The notes beneath the pieces are model-generated. The model worked only from the letters and a program-made list of their open reading frames with translations, made no database searches and was not told the origin of the DNA. Position numbers and translations under genes: made by a program. This document shows positions 20,619-31,230 of a stretch of DNA of 64,000 nt, piece by piece; the stretch's first letter is position 1, and every line of letters starts with the position of its first letter. Source of the stretch: Dehalococcoidia bacterium (GTDB taxonomy: Bacteria; Chloroflexota; Dehalococcoidia; DSTF01; WHTK01); contig JBFWZE010000001.1 in the NCBI GenBank assembly GCA_050185685.1, positions 2,421 through 66,420 of the forward strand, written 5' to 3'.

Positions 20619-21803
20619 ATGGAGAGCGTCAGCCGCTTCCTGAGGGGACTCGATCCGCGCGTACTCGACGCGGTCGTCGCGATCGCGCTCAGCCTCGGCG
20701 CGGTCGCCATCGTGGCAGGCCGGGACGGCGGTGGCGGTGACTTGCGCAGCGATGACGTCCTCGGGCTCGTCCTCGCCCTTGCCCAGACTCTGCCGCTGGC
20801 CGTCCGACGCAATCATCCCCTGGGCGTCGCGTTCGCGATCAGCATCGCGCTGGTGGCGCACTCGGCGATCGGCTATGAGGTCGTGCAGGCCGGCACCTTC
20901 AGCTCGCTGGTCGCGGTGTACGGCGCGGGGACCCTCTGCGACCGGCGTGGGAGCCTGCTGACGCTCGGTATCACCTTTGCTGCAATCGCCGGGTTCTACG
21001 CCACGAACCGCGAGGACTGGGCGACGGGAGACATCGTAGCGACCACAGGAACCTGGGTGGCGGCCTGGCTGCTCGGTGTCTTTGTGCGCATCCGCGGCCA
21101 GCAGGCAGATGCGGCGGGCGCACGCGTCGCGAGCCTGGAGCTGGAGCAGGAAATGCGCGCTCGGGAAGCAGTCGCCGATGAGCGGGCGAGGATGGCTCGC
21201 GAGCTGCACGACATCGTTGGTCATGCGCTGAACATCATCGTGCTCCAGGCCTCAGGTGCCCAGCGTGTCTTCGATACGCGGCCTGAGGTTTCACGCGAGA
21301 CGCTGTCCTCGATCGAATCCACGGGCCGCGAGGCGCTCGCCGACATGGAGCGCATGCTGGGCGTCCTGCGCGCTGCAGATCTGGAGAACCAGCGCTCGGA
21401 GCCCCAGCCGGGCCTGGCTCAGCTCGAGGGCCTTGCCGCCCACGTCTCGGAGGCCGGCATCCCTGTGGAGGTTGTGATCGAGGGGGAGCCGGTCGACGTT
21501 CCCGCGAGCGTCGACCTCTCCGCTTACCGCATTGTCCAGGAATCCCTCACGAACTGCCTTAAGCACTCCGGCGCCTCCCACGCCACGGTCACCGTGCGCT
21601 ACAGTCCGCACGACGTGGAAGTTACGGTTGTCGATAACGGGCGTGGCCGGACGAACGGCGCCTCAAGTACAGGCGGCCGCGGTCACCTGGGCATGCGCGA
21701 GCGTGCCGGGCTCTTCGGCGGTGAGATCAGCATGGGCCCGGTCGAAAAGAGCCAGGGATACGCAGTGAAGGCGCGCTTGCCGTTCAAAGGACCGCCGCAA
21801 TGA
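20619..21803 (+). CDS. Two-component sensor histidine kinase (HisKA_3/NarX-like)
   Basis: N-terminal transmembrane segments, an H-box ERARMARELHDIVGHALNII, and HATPase_c N/G boxes. Its stop overlaps the response-regulator start by 4 nt. Confidence 0.8.
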   Translation: MESVSRFLRGLDPRVLDAVVAIALSLGAVAIVAGRDGGGGDLRSDDVLGLVLALAQTLPLAVRRNHPLGVAFAISIALVAHSAIGYEVVQAGTFSSLVAVYGAGTLCDRRGSLLTLGITFAAIAGFYATNREDWATGDIVATTGTWVAAWLLGVFVRIRGQQADAAGARVASLELEQEMRAREAVADERARMARELHDIVGHALNIIVLQASGAQRVFDTRPEVSRETLSSIESTGREALADMERMLGVLRAADLENQRSEPQPGLAQLEGLAAHVSEAGIPVEVVIEGEPVDVPASVDLSAYRIVQESLTNCLKHSGASHATVTVRYSPHDVEVTVVDNGRGRTNGASSTGGRGHLGMRERAGLFGGEISMGPVEKSQGYAVKARLPFKGPPQ

Positions 21804-22465
21804 CGATTCGCGTGCTGCTGGCCGACGACGAGAACCTGGTGCGCTCCGGCCTCCGCCTGATCCTCGAGGCTGAGCCGGACATCGAGGTGGTCGCCGAGGC
21901 TTCGAACGGCGCCGAAGCCCTTGAGGCGACGACGAGGCTCGACCCCGACGTCGTGCTGATGGACGTGCAGATGCCGGTGAAGAACGGCCTCGACGCCACC
22001 CGCGAGGTTGTCGCCCTGGGCCGCCAGGAGAGCTCCCGCGTCATAATCCTGACCACGTTCGAGCTCGACGAGTACGTCTACGAGGCCCTGCGGGCGGGCG
22101 CGAGCGGGTTCCTCCTGAAGCGAGCGCCAGCCGCAGATCTCGTCTCCGGCGTCCGGGTCGTCGCCTCGGGTGATGCGCTGCTGGCGCCGTCGGTCACGCG
22201 GCGTCTGCTCGACCGCTTCGCCTCTCAGGCCACCCCCGGCCGGGACGTCTCCCTCCTCAGGACGCTGACCGACCGCGAGCGCGATGTCTTCGAGCTGATC
22301 GCGCAGGGGCTGTCGAACGCAGAGATCGCCGGCCGCCTCGTCCTCAGCGAAGGCACGGTGAAGACGCACGTCAAGCACGTCTTCGAGAAGCTGGACGCGC
22401 GTGACCGGACGCAAGTGGTCATCCTCGCCTATGAGCTGGGGGTCGTGAAGCCGCGAAGCAGCTGA
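21800..22465 (+). CDS. NarL/LuxR-family response regulator
   Basis: Receiver domain VLLADDENLVRSGLRLIL...D, and a C-terminal LuxR HTH LTDRERDVFELIAQGLSNAEIAGRLVLSEGTVKTH. Confidence 0.9.
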   Translation: MTIRVLLADDENLVRSGLRLILEAEPDIEVVAEASNGAEALEATTRLDPDVVLMDVQMPVKNGLDATREVVALGRQESSRVIILTTFELDEYVYEALRAGASGFLLKRAPAADLVSGVRVVASGDALLAPSVTRRLLDRFASQATPGRDVSLLRTLTDRERDVFELIAQGLSNAEIAGRLVLSEGTVKTHVKHVFEKLDARDRTQVVILAYELGVVKPRSS

Positions 22466-22620
22466 CCTCCCGTCCTGGTGATCTACCCCCCAAGAGGTAG
22501 GCGCCACGTCTGAAATCTCCCTCCAGAGTTGACCCCAGGACATCCCTACCGGGAGACGCCGCGGCAACGGTCCGGGCCTAGCCTCTGCATGTACCCAAAT
22601 TCATTCAGAGGAGAACCAAC

Positions 22621-23487
22621 ATGAACCGCACAGAAACGTTCGACCCCAGGTGGAATAGCATCGGCTCCGCCCTTGCGGCAGAGGCCGTCCCGGTTGACGG
22701 CTCGGCGACGGACCAGTATTCACTTCGCAAGATCCTGTCGATCTGGGCCGCAGCCGCCCTGCCGATGGCATTCCTCGGCTGGGTGCTCCCCGCGCTGGTC
22801 GGCCCACTAGACCTCGGCGTTGGCGATGCGAACAACGTTGCTTTCACACGCGCCCTCTTCCTGACGCTCGGTCTTATCTGGCAGTTCGTCCTGTCGATGG
22901 CGATCATCCGCCACGAAGAGGGAGACCTGCGCTGGTCCACGATTCGCCGGCGCTGCTGGCTCAACAAGCCGCGAGACCCGAAGACCGGGCAGGGCCGTCG
23001 GAAGCTCTGGCTCTGGCTCGTGCCGGTGGTGTTCCTCGCCGCGGCGATTCAGATGGCGCCGTTGCAGGACGCCTGGAACGCACTCTTCCCGTTCCTCGGC
23101 GAGCCCAGCAAGTACAGCTTCGAGAGCGTGGTCAACTCGGACGAGCGGAAGGCGGCCCTCGAAGGCGCCTGGCAGGTGCTCGGTCTCTTCGTCGTCCTCG
23201 GCGTCTTCAACACGATCCTCGGCGAGGAGCTACTGTTCCGCGGGATCCTCCTCCCGAAGATGCTGGGTGTGTTCGGCAAGCGCGACTGGCTGGCGAACGG
23301 CGTGCTTTTCGGCCTCTACCACCTGCACCAGCCCTGGTCGATCTTCGGCTCGGCGATTGGTGGCACCCTTACCTACGCACTCCCGTCGCGGCGCTTCCGC
23401 AGTGCCTGGATGGGCATCATCATCCACTCCGTCGAGACCGTCTTCTTCATCTTCCTCGCCCTCGGCCTCGTGCTCGGCATGGCCTAG
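22621..23487 (+). CDS. CPBP family intramembrane metalloprotease (CAAX protease/Abi)
   Basis: EELLFRG motif 1 and the FGLYHLHQ and HS motifs in a polytopic membrane protein. AGAGGAGAA ribosome-binding site. Confidence 0.75.
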   Translation: MNRTETFDPRWNSIGSALAAEAVPVDGSATDQYSLRKILSIWAAAALPMAFLGWVLPALVGPLDLGVGDANNVAFTRALFLTLGLIWQFVLSMAIIRHEEGDLRWSTIRRRCWLNKPRDPKTGQGRRKLWLWLVPVVFLAAAIQMAPLQDAWNALFPFLGEPSKYSFESVVNSDERKAALEGAWQVLGLFVVLGVFNTILGEELLFRGILLPKMLGVFGKRDWLANGVLFGLYHLHQPWSIFGSAIGGTLTYALPSRRFRSAWMGIIIHSVETVFFIFLALGLVLGMA

Positions 23488-23511
23488 TGACGCAAGAGAC
23501 GGACAGTTGTA

Positions 23512-23548
23512 GAGGGCGACCAACCGACGTCGGTCGCCCTCTTTCTAT
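23512..23548. terminator. Bidirectional terminator hairpin
   Basis: agagggcgacc-aaccgacgtc-ggtcgccctct, an 11-bp perfect stem followed by ttctatt, between convergent genes. Confidence 0.6.
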
Positions 23549-24375
23549 TGGTGCGGCTGACCACGAATAGCCCATACGCGGATGCGGGCGCCGTTTGTCT
23601 CGGTCAGGGGCAGCAGTTTGCCGGTGGCCTGGCCGTTTTCGAGCTGGAGGACGACCTCGTATGGGCCCTCGCCGCGCGCCTCGAGGTGCTCGCTGATTGA
23701 CGCGCCGTCGACCGTCGTCCCGTCGGGCTCGACGAGCCGCAGCCGGTGGCCGCCGGTTGTGAACAGCGCCTCGCCGCCATGGCCTTCAGCCCTTGCCTCA
23801 ATGCTCTCCGGCTTCTGCCCGAGCATCGTCTCCAGGTCTCGCGACGCAACATGGATATCGCGGACGGCAATCACCAGCTCGGCGACGCCGGTGACCCCGA
23901 GGCGGTGCTTCGCCGCGCTGCCGCCCGGGACGCGGGCCTCGCGAGACGTGACGTCCTCGATTGCGAAGGGCAGCGAGCTTGTGCCGATCGGGCGGCCCGA
24001 GGTGATGCTGCGCCAGGCGATCAGCTCACCGTCCGGCCGCCGTCTGCTGCCATCGACCGGAGCTGCGAGCTCGAGGCCCCGCGAGCGCGCTTCGTCGACG
24101 ACTGCCTCGGCGTTTTCCGCCCGCAGCGCGTAGTCGACGAGGCCTTCGCCCTTCGCGAGCCGTGCCCACCACCGGTGGTCGTGTGTCTTCGAGGGGTCTT
24201 TGAAGGCGATGAGCTCGAAGTAGGTGCCGTCCTCGAAACCAATCAGCGTGTTGTGGGTGGCGCCACCAGCGTGCTCACCGCCGGGCGTGACGGTGAACCC
24301 CAGGGCTTCGTAGCCCGCCGTCGCGCTCTCCAGGTCCCGTACGAGGACAACGATATGGTCGATTCCCGAAAGCAT
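23545..24375 (-). CDS. VOC (glyoxalase/bleomycin-resistance/dioxygenase) family protein with tandem domains
   Basis: Two beta-alpha-beta-beta-beta modules (IDHIVVLVRDLESATAGYEALGF... and VAELVIAVRDIHVASRDLETMLG...). GAGAGAGG ribosome-binding site. Confidence 0.7.
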   Translation of the reverse strand: MLSGIDHIVVLVRDLESATAGYEALGFTVTPGGEHAGGATHNTLIGFEDGTYFELIAFKDPSKTHDHRWWARLAKGEGLVDYALRAENAEAVVDEARSRGLELAAPVDGSRRRPDGELIAWRSITSGRPIGTSSLPFAIEDVTSREARVPGGSAAKHRLGVTGVAELVIAVRDIHVASRDLETMLGQKPESIEARAEGHGGEALFTTGGHRLRLVEPDGTTVDGASISEHLEARGEGPYEVVLQLENGQATGKLLPLTETNGARIRVWAIRGQPHQ

Positions 24376-24523
24376 TGCCTGGCCTCTCTCTACTTCGCTG
24401 CAGTGAAGCGCATTCTAGCGCTGGTCCTCAGCAAGACGAGCAGGACGGGCGCGATACACGACCGACGCAGAGAGAGGAGAGCCGGTAGGCTCTCCTCTCG
24501 GGTGCGGTGGTCGGCAGTGCGGG

Positions 24524-24850
24524 CTAGTCGCCGATGGCGGCTCCGAGGGCTTCGACGGGAAGCTGCACCGGGTGGGCGGCCGGGGCGCTGTGGCCCTCGA
24601 CGTCGATGCGGGGCAGCCACTCGAGCCAGCTCGGCAGGTACCAGTTTCGGGCGCCCAGCAGCTCCATGCTCGCCGGGACGAGAATCGACCGGATGAGCGT
24701 CGCGTCGATGAAGACCGCGACGGCGAGGCCGAAGCCCATCTCCTGCATGTCGATCATGTCGCCGAGAGCGAAGGCACCGAAGACGACGACCATGATGGCG
24801 GCGGCGCCGGTGATGATGTGGGCGGTCGACTGCAGACCGGAGGCGACGGA
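24524..24850 (-). pseudogene. C-terminal remnant of an MmpL/RND-family transporter gene
   Basis: AIMVVVFGAFALGDMIDMQEMGFGLAVAVFIDATLIRSILVPASMELLGARNWYLPSWL matches the last transmembrane region and C-terminus of MmpL proteins. No upstream body, about 900 aa long, is present. A GC hairpin follows at 24471-24498. Confidence 0.5.
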
Positions 24851-24937
24851 CTTGCGGTTGTCACCTGAATCCGCCGCATCGCCCCGCTTCTCTCTGAGCC
24901 GGCGTGCTCCTGTCTCCTGCATCCTCTATCGTCTGCT

Positions 24938-26258
24938 GATGATGAAACCGAGTTCAGCCGTTCCTGGCCGCATCTTCTACGGCTGGTGGGTCGTCCTGGG
25001 CCTGGCGGCGATCAGTGCCGTCATGACCGCGATGGGCAGCATCAACCTCGGCTTATTCATTGCGCCGATGAAGGAAGAGCTCGGCATCGGTCAGTCGATG
25101 TTCGGTCTCGCGCAGACCGCCCGCCTGATCGGCTTCAGCGTCACCGGATGGCTGATCGGGCGATACCTCGACCGCCACGGTGCGCGCATACCGATCGCTG
25201 CGGCCAGTCTTATCGTCGGCGTTACGGTCGCCGGCATGGCGTTCATCGAGGCCGGGTGGCAGATGATCGTCCTGCTCCTGATCAGTGGTATGACCGGCTT
25301 GCAGGGACAGGGCGGCAACCTCTACACGACGGTGCCGATCGCGCGCTGGTTCCTGCGCAAGCGCGGCCAGGCGTTTGCGGTCGCGTTCATGGGTATCCCG
25401 GTAGGCGTCTTCATCCTGGCCCCTCTGACCCAGGTGCTGATCGACAGCATCGGCTGGCGCGAGACCTGGCTCTTCTTCGGCATCTCCGGCACCGTGGTCT
25501 GTGTCCTCATCGCCCTGCTGGTGATCCGCCGCGACCCCGCAGAGATGGGTCTGCTGCCCGACGGCGACCTCGAACCCGCGGTGCGGCCGCAGGGCAGCAG
25601 CATCGAGCAGGTCAGGCGGGAACGGTCATGGACGCGTGAGGAGGCAATGCAGTCCTCGACGTTCTGGCGCCTCGCGCTGGTCGACGGCATGCGCATGGGT
25701 TCGATGAGCACGCTCGGCCTCTTCCGCATCCCGTACTACATCGACAACGGCGTCAGCCCCCAGGCGGTCGCGTTTGCGCTCTCGTTCGAGGCCGCCGTCG
25801 CCGCCGTTGCGGGGCTTGCGACGGGATGGATGGTCGACCGCTTCCCGGCGCGGTTCATCTCCGCCGGCTCTAACGTGCCGATGATCCTCGCGTTTCTGCT
25901 GACGATCGGCGCCGACAGTGTGTGGCAGGTCTTCCTCGCCGCCGGTATGTTTGGCATCGCCGCCCAGAGCTTCTCGATCAGCCAGGGCACGCTCTGGCCG
26001 TCGTACTTTGGCTCCGCAAACATCGGCAAGATCCGCGGTATCGCGATGCCGCTGGGCCTCGGCTTGAGTGCCGTCAGCGCTCCCCTCACCGGCCTCGTCA
26101 AAGACACGACCGGCAGCTTCATAATCGCCTGGGTGGCCGCCTGCGTTGCGTTGACCCTGTGCACGCTGCTGCTGCTCGTCACCGTGCAGCCGAAGGACCG
26201 CCGGACCGACGATGCTGCATCAGGCCGGACCGACGCGGAGACCGCCGCCGTGCCGTAG
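24938..26258 (+). CDS. MFS transporter (oxalate/formate-antiporter-like family)
   Basis: MMKPSSAVPGRIFYGWWVV N-terminus with 12 predicted helices, paralogous to the transporter at 13223-14431. Confidence 0.8.
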
Positions 26259-26319
26259 CCGGTCGCGTATTCTTTGGAAACGCCCCGCGACAAAACGGCA
26301 GCAGCGCAGAGGAGTCTTC

Positions 26320-27090
26320 ATGGCAATCCGTCTCATCATCCAGAGCAACCCGGCGGACTGGGAAGCACGTCTCCCCGACCTGCGCAGCTTCACTACCGCC
26401 CTTCGCGAGGAGCCCGGCTGCGTCCTCGCTGAGGACTTCCGCAGCGTCGAAGTCGCCGAGAACCTGATGCACATGGAGCTCTGGGAAAGCGCAGAGGCCT
26501 GGGATGCGTACTGGGCACGCGGCCGAAACGACGACGGTGGTCACGCTCATCTCCTCGACCTCATGGGCCTTAACCCGGCGGTGCATGACGGCGGCCTCGA
26601 GTCGCCCCGGACCGTGGGGCAGAACGGCGTCGAGATCTACGACTTCGCGCCTGCCGTCTTCGTCAACGGCGCCTGGCAGCCCGACGACGGACGAGACCGG
26701 CCTCGGTCAGTCGAATGGCCGGCGTGGGGCGGCGTACGCATCATCTACACGAGCACCTCAGACCCGGCGGGCGACCGCCCTGAGAACCTCGAGCATTCGA
26801 TGCGCCGGCGCGGTATGGCCGGCTGCGACCAGTTCGAGCGCTTTCGCGGCATCGAGTTCCCCGAGAATAACGTCCTCATGGAGACCTGGACGCCCGCCGC
26901 ATTCGACCTGCAGTGGGAAGTCCTACAGCGCGAATCAGCGAGCCGGGCGCCGAGGCCGCGCCCGATCCCCGCTCAGCACCGCTATGGCTTCCAGGGCGGT
27001 GAGTGGTACCACCACTGCTTCTTCGTGCTGGTCGACGGCGTCTGGCAGCCGGAGGACCCGCGCCTTCGCTCCGTCCGAGTGCACTGGTAG
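26320..27090 (+). CDS. Tandem ABM (antibiotic biosynthesis monooxygenase-like) domain protein
   Basis: AGAGGAG ribosome-binding site before the ATG at 26320. Two ferredoxin-like ABM repeats (LIIQSNP...MHMELWESAEAWDAYW and NNVLMETWTPAAFDLQW). Confidence 0.55.
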   Translation: MAIRLIIQSNPADWEARLPDLRSFTTALREEPGCVLAEDFRSVEVAENLMHMELWESAEAWDAYWARGRNDDGGHAHLLDLMGLNPAVHDGGLESPRTVGQNGVEIYDFAPAVFVNGAWQPDDGRDRPRSVEWPAWGGVRIIYTSTSDPAGDRPENLEHSMRRRGMAGCDQFERFRGIEFPENNVLMETWTPAAFDLQWEVLQRESASRAPRPRPIPAQHRYGFQGGEWYHHCFFVLVDGVWQPEDPRLRSVRVHW

Positions 27091-27113
27091 ACACGATCCA
27101 GAGCGCGTAGCGG

Positions 27114-28037
27114 TCAGGCCGGCGATGAGCCCGCGGCATCGAGGCGGCGCTTGGCCTCTTCGACGACGTCCGCGGGCAGCGGTCCCTTCTCCGCCGCCTC
27201 GATGTTGGCGCGGAGGTGCTCCAGGTTGCTCGTGCCGACAATCGTGGTGTCGAGGTCCGGGTTCGAAAGCGTGAAGCGGAGGATGAACTCCATCGGCGTC
27301 ATGCCGTTGAGCAGCTCGTCCAGCTTCGCGGCCTCCCAGATTCCCTGCCACTTGCCGCGACTGCGGAAGTTCCAGTCGTAGGGGCGTTCGAGGGCCCAGT
27401 CGGACGGCCCGCCCCGGGCGACGCCGCCGCGCACGATGATGCCGGCGCCCGCTGCTGAGGCCCTTGCGATGATCGCCTCGTGGGCGCGATCGACGGCGGA
27501 ATACGGCACCTGGTAGGCGTCGAACACCCCCATCGCGAGGTGGTCCTCCATGTTCGGCAGCGTCGAGGACATGCCGATGAAGCGCGCCTTGCCCTCCTGC
27601 TTGATCTTCAGGAGCTCCTCGAGTGCTCCGTTCGATTCGAGCTGCTCCCGCGTGATGCTGTGGTGTACGAGGAGGAGGTCGAGGTAGTCGGTCTTGAGCG
27701 TGCGAAGGCTGTGCTCGATGTCGGCGCGGAAATTCGCTGCGCTGAAGACGTGGGGGACGTTGTCCATTTCGCCCGGGATGCAACCGCACTTCGAGGTGAT
27801 GAGGAACTCTGAGCGCCGGTGAGAGATGTAGGTGCCGATCAACTCCTCGCTGCGGCCGTAGTCGAGCGCCGTGTCGATGAAGTTGATGCCCGCGTCGAGC
27901 ACTGCGTTGAGGACCTCGCCCGCCTGGGCGTCCGGGATGTCGGGGCCCCACATCTTGCCGCCACGGAGCTCGCTGGCGCCGAAGCCGAGCTCGGTGACGT
28001 CGAGGCCGGTGTTGCCAAGTGGACGCGTCGTGGGCAT
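27114..28037 (-). CDS. Aldo/keto reductase
   Basis: AKR signature LGFGASEL...INFIDTALDYG...SKCG. GGAGGAATA ribosome-binding site. Confidence 0.85.
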   Translation of the reverse strand: MPTTRPLGNTGLDVTELGFGASELRGGKMWGPDIPDAQAGEVLNAVLDAGINFIDTALDYGRSEELIGTYISHRRSEFLITSKCGCIPGEMDNVPHVFSAANFRADIEHSLRTLKTDYLDLLLVHHSITREQLESNGALEELLKIKQEGKARFIGMSSTLPNMEDHLAMGVFDAYQVPYSAVDRAHEAIIARASAAGAGIIVRGGVARGGPSDWALERPYDWNFRSRGKWQGIWEAAKLDELLNGMTPMEFILRFTLSNPDLDTTIVGTSNLEHLRANIEAAEKGPLPADVVEEAKRRLDAAGSSPA

Positions 28038-28226
28038 GGGGGTATTCCTCCGGATGGCTGATTGCGGCGTTCAGGGTTCAGCTTCGCATTATGCCGCGAG
28101 GCGTGCGTCTGCGGCTCGCCGTTGCGGCCGTGGGTTGTAATGAGAGGAAAACCTCCAGGCCCCGATCGCTAACCGTGCGTTGCAGGCTGTCCGCTGATTC
28201 TTTGCAGGTAGAGCAAAGGAGCAGAC

Positions 28227-29879
28227 ATGCCGGGCGAAACGCTTCACGACCTCTGGTGGAAAAACGCTGTGATCTACTGTCTCGACGTCGAGACCTTTCT
28301 CGATGGCAACGGCGACGGAATTGGGGACTTCAAGGGCCTGAGCGAGCGAGTCGATTATCTCGCGGGGATCGGCGTTACCTGCATCTGGCTGATGCCGTTC
28401 TTCCCCAGCGTCAACCGCGACGACGGCTACGACATCTGCGACTACTACACGGTGGACCCGCGTCTCGGTGACATGGGTGATTTCGTCGACTTCATTCACA
28501 CGGCCGACGCCCACGGGATTCGCGTGATCGCCGACCTGGTCATGAACCACACTTCCGACCAGCACCCGTGGTTTCAGTCGGCCCGCTCCGACCCGAAATC
28601 CCCGTACCGCCGCTTCTACGTCTGGCGTGATGAGCCGCCGGACGAGAAGCCATCCCTCGTCTTCCCCGGCGAGCAGATCTCGAACTGGACCTACGACGAG
28701 GTCGCGAAGCAGTACTACTTCCATCACTTCTACCGCCATCAGCCCGACCTCAACCCAGACGAGCCCGCCGTCCGCGAGGAGATGACCCAGATCATGGGCT
28801 TCTGGTTGCAGCAGGGGCTGGCAGGCTTCCGCGTCGATGCCGTGCCGTTCCTTATCGAGCTCGAGAATGAGAACGCGGCGGAGGAGCTAACGCCGCACGG
28901 ATTCCTGAAGGACCTGCGCCGGTTCCTGGGCCGCCGCCGCGGCGACGCTGTGATGCTCGGCGAGGTGAACCTGCCGCCGCACGAGCAGGTAACCTACTTT
29001 GGCGAGGACGATGAGCTGTCGCTGGTCTTCAACTTCTATGTGAACCAGCACCTCTATCTCTCGCTCGTCCGAGAGGACCCGGACCCGCTGCGCAAAGCCC
29101 TGGAGGCACTTCCGCCGATCCCGGGCGCCTGCCAGTGGGCGAACTTTGTGCGGAACCACGACGAGCAGAACCTCGACAAGCTGACCCCCTCAGAGCGGCA
29201 GGAGGTGTTCGACGCGTTCGCGCCCCAGAAGTCGATGCAGTCGTTCGGACGCGGCATCCGGCGCCGGCTGCCCACGATGCTCGGTGGCGACCAGCGAAAG
29301 CTCAAGCTGACCTATAGCCTGCTGTTCTCCCTGCCCGGCACGCCGGTGCTGTTCTACGGCGAGGAGATCGGGATGGGCGACAACCCGCGGCTGCCTGGGC
29401 GCCTCGCGGTCCGCAGCCCGATGCAGTGGAAACCAAGGCCGAACGGCGGCTTCTCAACTGCGCGGCCGAAAGACCTGCTGCGCGGCCTGCCGGCGGGCGA
29501 GTTCGGCCCCGCCCAGGTCAACGTGCAGGCTCAGCGTGACGACGCCCTGTCGATGCTCAACTGGACGGAGAGCCTGATCCGCCGTCGCAAAGAAGCGGGA
29601 GAGTTCGGCTTCGGCAAGTACCGGCTCGTCGACGGCGGCAAAGCCCGGGTCCTCGCGCATGCGTGTGAGTGGGAGACGCGCACCGTCATCGCCCTGCACA
29701 ACTTCAGCAGCCGCGCCGAGGTGGTCAACCTCTCGGCCGAAATCGACGATGACGTCATCGAGGTCAACGACATGTGGGCGGACCAGCGCTATCCGGCAGT
29801 GACGAAGACGGCCCGCATCGGCCCTTACGGCTACCGCTGGCTCCGTGTGATCAAGAAGGGGCAGGAGCTTCTCCTCTGA
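28227..29879 (+). CDS. GH13 alpha-amylase-family enzyme (trehalose synthase or alpha-glucosidase-like)
   Basis: GH13 regions [40 protein letters not shown] and ELENEN, with catalytic residues. AAGGAG ribosome-binding site. Confidence 0.85.
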   Translation: MPGETLHDLWWKNAVIYCLDVETFLDGNGDGIGDFKGLSERVDYLAGIGVTCIWLMPFFPSVNRDDGYDICDYYTVDPRLGDMGDFVDFIHTADAHGIRVIADLVMNHTSDQHPWFQSARSDPKSPYRRFYVWRDEPPDEKPSLVFPGEQISNWTYDEVAKQYYFHHFYRHQPDLNPDEPAVREEMTQIMGFWLQQGLAGFRVDAVPFLIELENENAAEELTPHGFLKDLRRFLGRRRGDAVMLGEVNLPPHEQVTYFGEDDELSLVFNFYVNQHLYLSLVREDPDPLRKALEALPPIPGACQWANFVRNHDEQNLDKLTPSERQEVFDAFAPQKSMQSFGRGIRRRLPTMLGGDQRKLKLTYSLLFSLPGTPVLFYGEEIGMGDNPRLPGRLAVRSPMQWKPRPNGGFSTARPKDLLRGLPAGEFGPAQVNVQAQRDDALSMLNWTESLIRRRKEAGEFGFGKYRLVDGGKARVLAHACEWETRTVIALHNFSSRAEVVNLSAEIDDDVIEVNDMWADQRYPAVTKTARIGPYGYRWLRVIKKGQELLL

Positions 29880-30841
29880 TGCTGGTCGGTTACCACTGCT
29901 CCCATGAACAGTTCCCACCGGATGATCTGCTGAAGTACGTCGTGAGGGCGGAGCAGGCGGGCTTCCGGGCTGCGATGGCGTCGGACCACTTCGCCCCGTT
30001 CAGTTTGCGCCAGGGAGAGGCGGGCTTCGTCTGGAGCTGGCTCGGCGCCGCGTTGGCGAAGACGTCGCTCAGCTTCGGGACGGTAAACGCGCCCGGCCAG
30101 CGCTATCACCCGGCGATCATCGCCCAGGCAGCAGCGACGGTCTCACGCATGTTTCCCGGCCGGTTCTGGATGGCGCTCGGCTCGGGACAGCTGATCAACG
30201 AGGTGATCACCGGTGATGCATGGCCGTCGGAGGACGACCGCGACCGGCGGCTTCTCGAGTGCGTCGACGTTATTCGCCGCCTCCTGAACGGCGAGGCCGT
30301 GAGGCACCACGGCCTCGTTCATGTCGAGAAGGCGCGTCTGTACACCTTGCCGGAGACACCGCCGCTGCTCTTCGGCGCTGCACTCACGCCCGAGACGGCA
30401 GCGCTCGCCGCGACCTGGGCAGACGGGCTGATCACGGTGGTCCAGGACGAGGGGAAGATGCGCGAGATTGTGTCGGCGTTTCGCTCGAACGGCGGTCGAC
30501 ATAAGAAGCTCTACCTCCAGGCCCAGGTCTCCTATGCGCCGTCCTATGAGGAGGCCCTCAAGGGCGCCCACGACCAGTGGCGCATGAGCGTCCTCACGAG
30601 CGACGTGATGAACGAGCTGAAGACGCCCGAGGAGATCGACGCCCGCACTGAGGCCGTCGGTATCGAAGAGGTTGCCGGGCGCATTCGGATATCGGCGAGT
30701 GCGGAAGACTACCTCGCGTGGCTCGATCAGGACGCGGCGATGGGCTTCGACGCCGTCTATATGCACAACGTGAACCGCGAGCAGGAGCGTTTCATCGACT
30801 TCTTCGGCAGCCACGTCCTCCCGCACTTCAATCCCGCCTGA
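29879..30841 (+). CDS. LLM-class F420-dependent oxidoreductase (luciferase-like)
   Basis: TGATG stop/start overlap with the GH13 gene. [14 protein letters not shown]...SDHFAP is typical of the F420-dependent LLM family. Confidence 0.8.
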   Translation: MLVGYHCSHEQFPPDDLLKYVVRAEQAGFRAAMASDHFAPFSLRQGEAGFVWSWLGAALAKTSLSFGTVNAPGQRYHPAIIAQAAATVSRMFPGRFWMALGSGQLINEVITGDAWPSEDDRDRRLLECVDVIRRLLNGEAVRHHGLVHVEKARLYTLPETPPLLFGAALTPETAALAATWADGLITVVQDEGKMREIVSAFRSNGGRHKKLYLQAQVSYAPSYEEALKGAHDQWRMSVLTSDVMNELKTPEEIDARTEAVGIEEVAGRIRISASAEDYLAWLDQDAAMGFDAVYMHNVNREQERFIDFFGSHVLPHFNPA

Positions 30842-31020
30842 CCAGCACGCAAGCGTTCTCCCGCCTTGCTCGCATTCATGTGCCGCAGGGTACATCCCGG
30901 TGAGGCGGCAGCCAGGTCAGCTCTGCGTCGAATTCCTGAAGGCCTGTGCTCCTTTACATCTTTGGAGAGAGGTATACCCTACCCGGTACTCCGCCCGAAT
31001 CGAAAAGGAGGCTCCCCTCA

Positions 31021-31121
31021 TGGGTGACAAGAGTCCCAAGAACAACGACAAGGCGAAAAAGCAAAAGGAAAACAAGAAGAACGCGGCCAAGTCACCACCG
31101 CCGGCGGCGAAGGCCAAGTAA
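31021..31121 (+). CDS. Small lysine-rich basic protein (33 aa)
   Basis: Strong AAAGGAGG ribosome-binding site 8 nt before the ATG. MGDKSPKNNDKAKKQKENKKNAAKSPPPAAKAK. The locally AT-rich coding region is set in a GC-rich genome. Confidence 0.4.
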
Positions 31122-31230
31122 CCGTCAGGGTCGCTTCATCGCTGAGTCGGCGCCCCGATGCGGTCCTCGCTCCGTCACAACCGGCATCACGTCGAAGCGG
31201 GAATCTCGTGTGATGCTCGCACGCCGGGAG

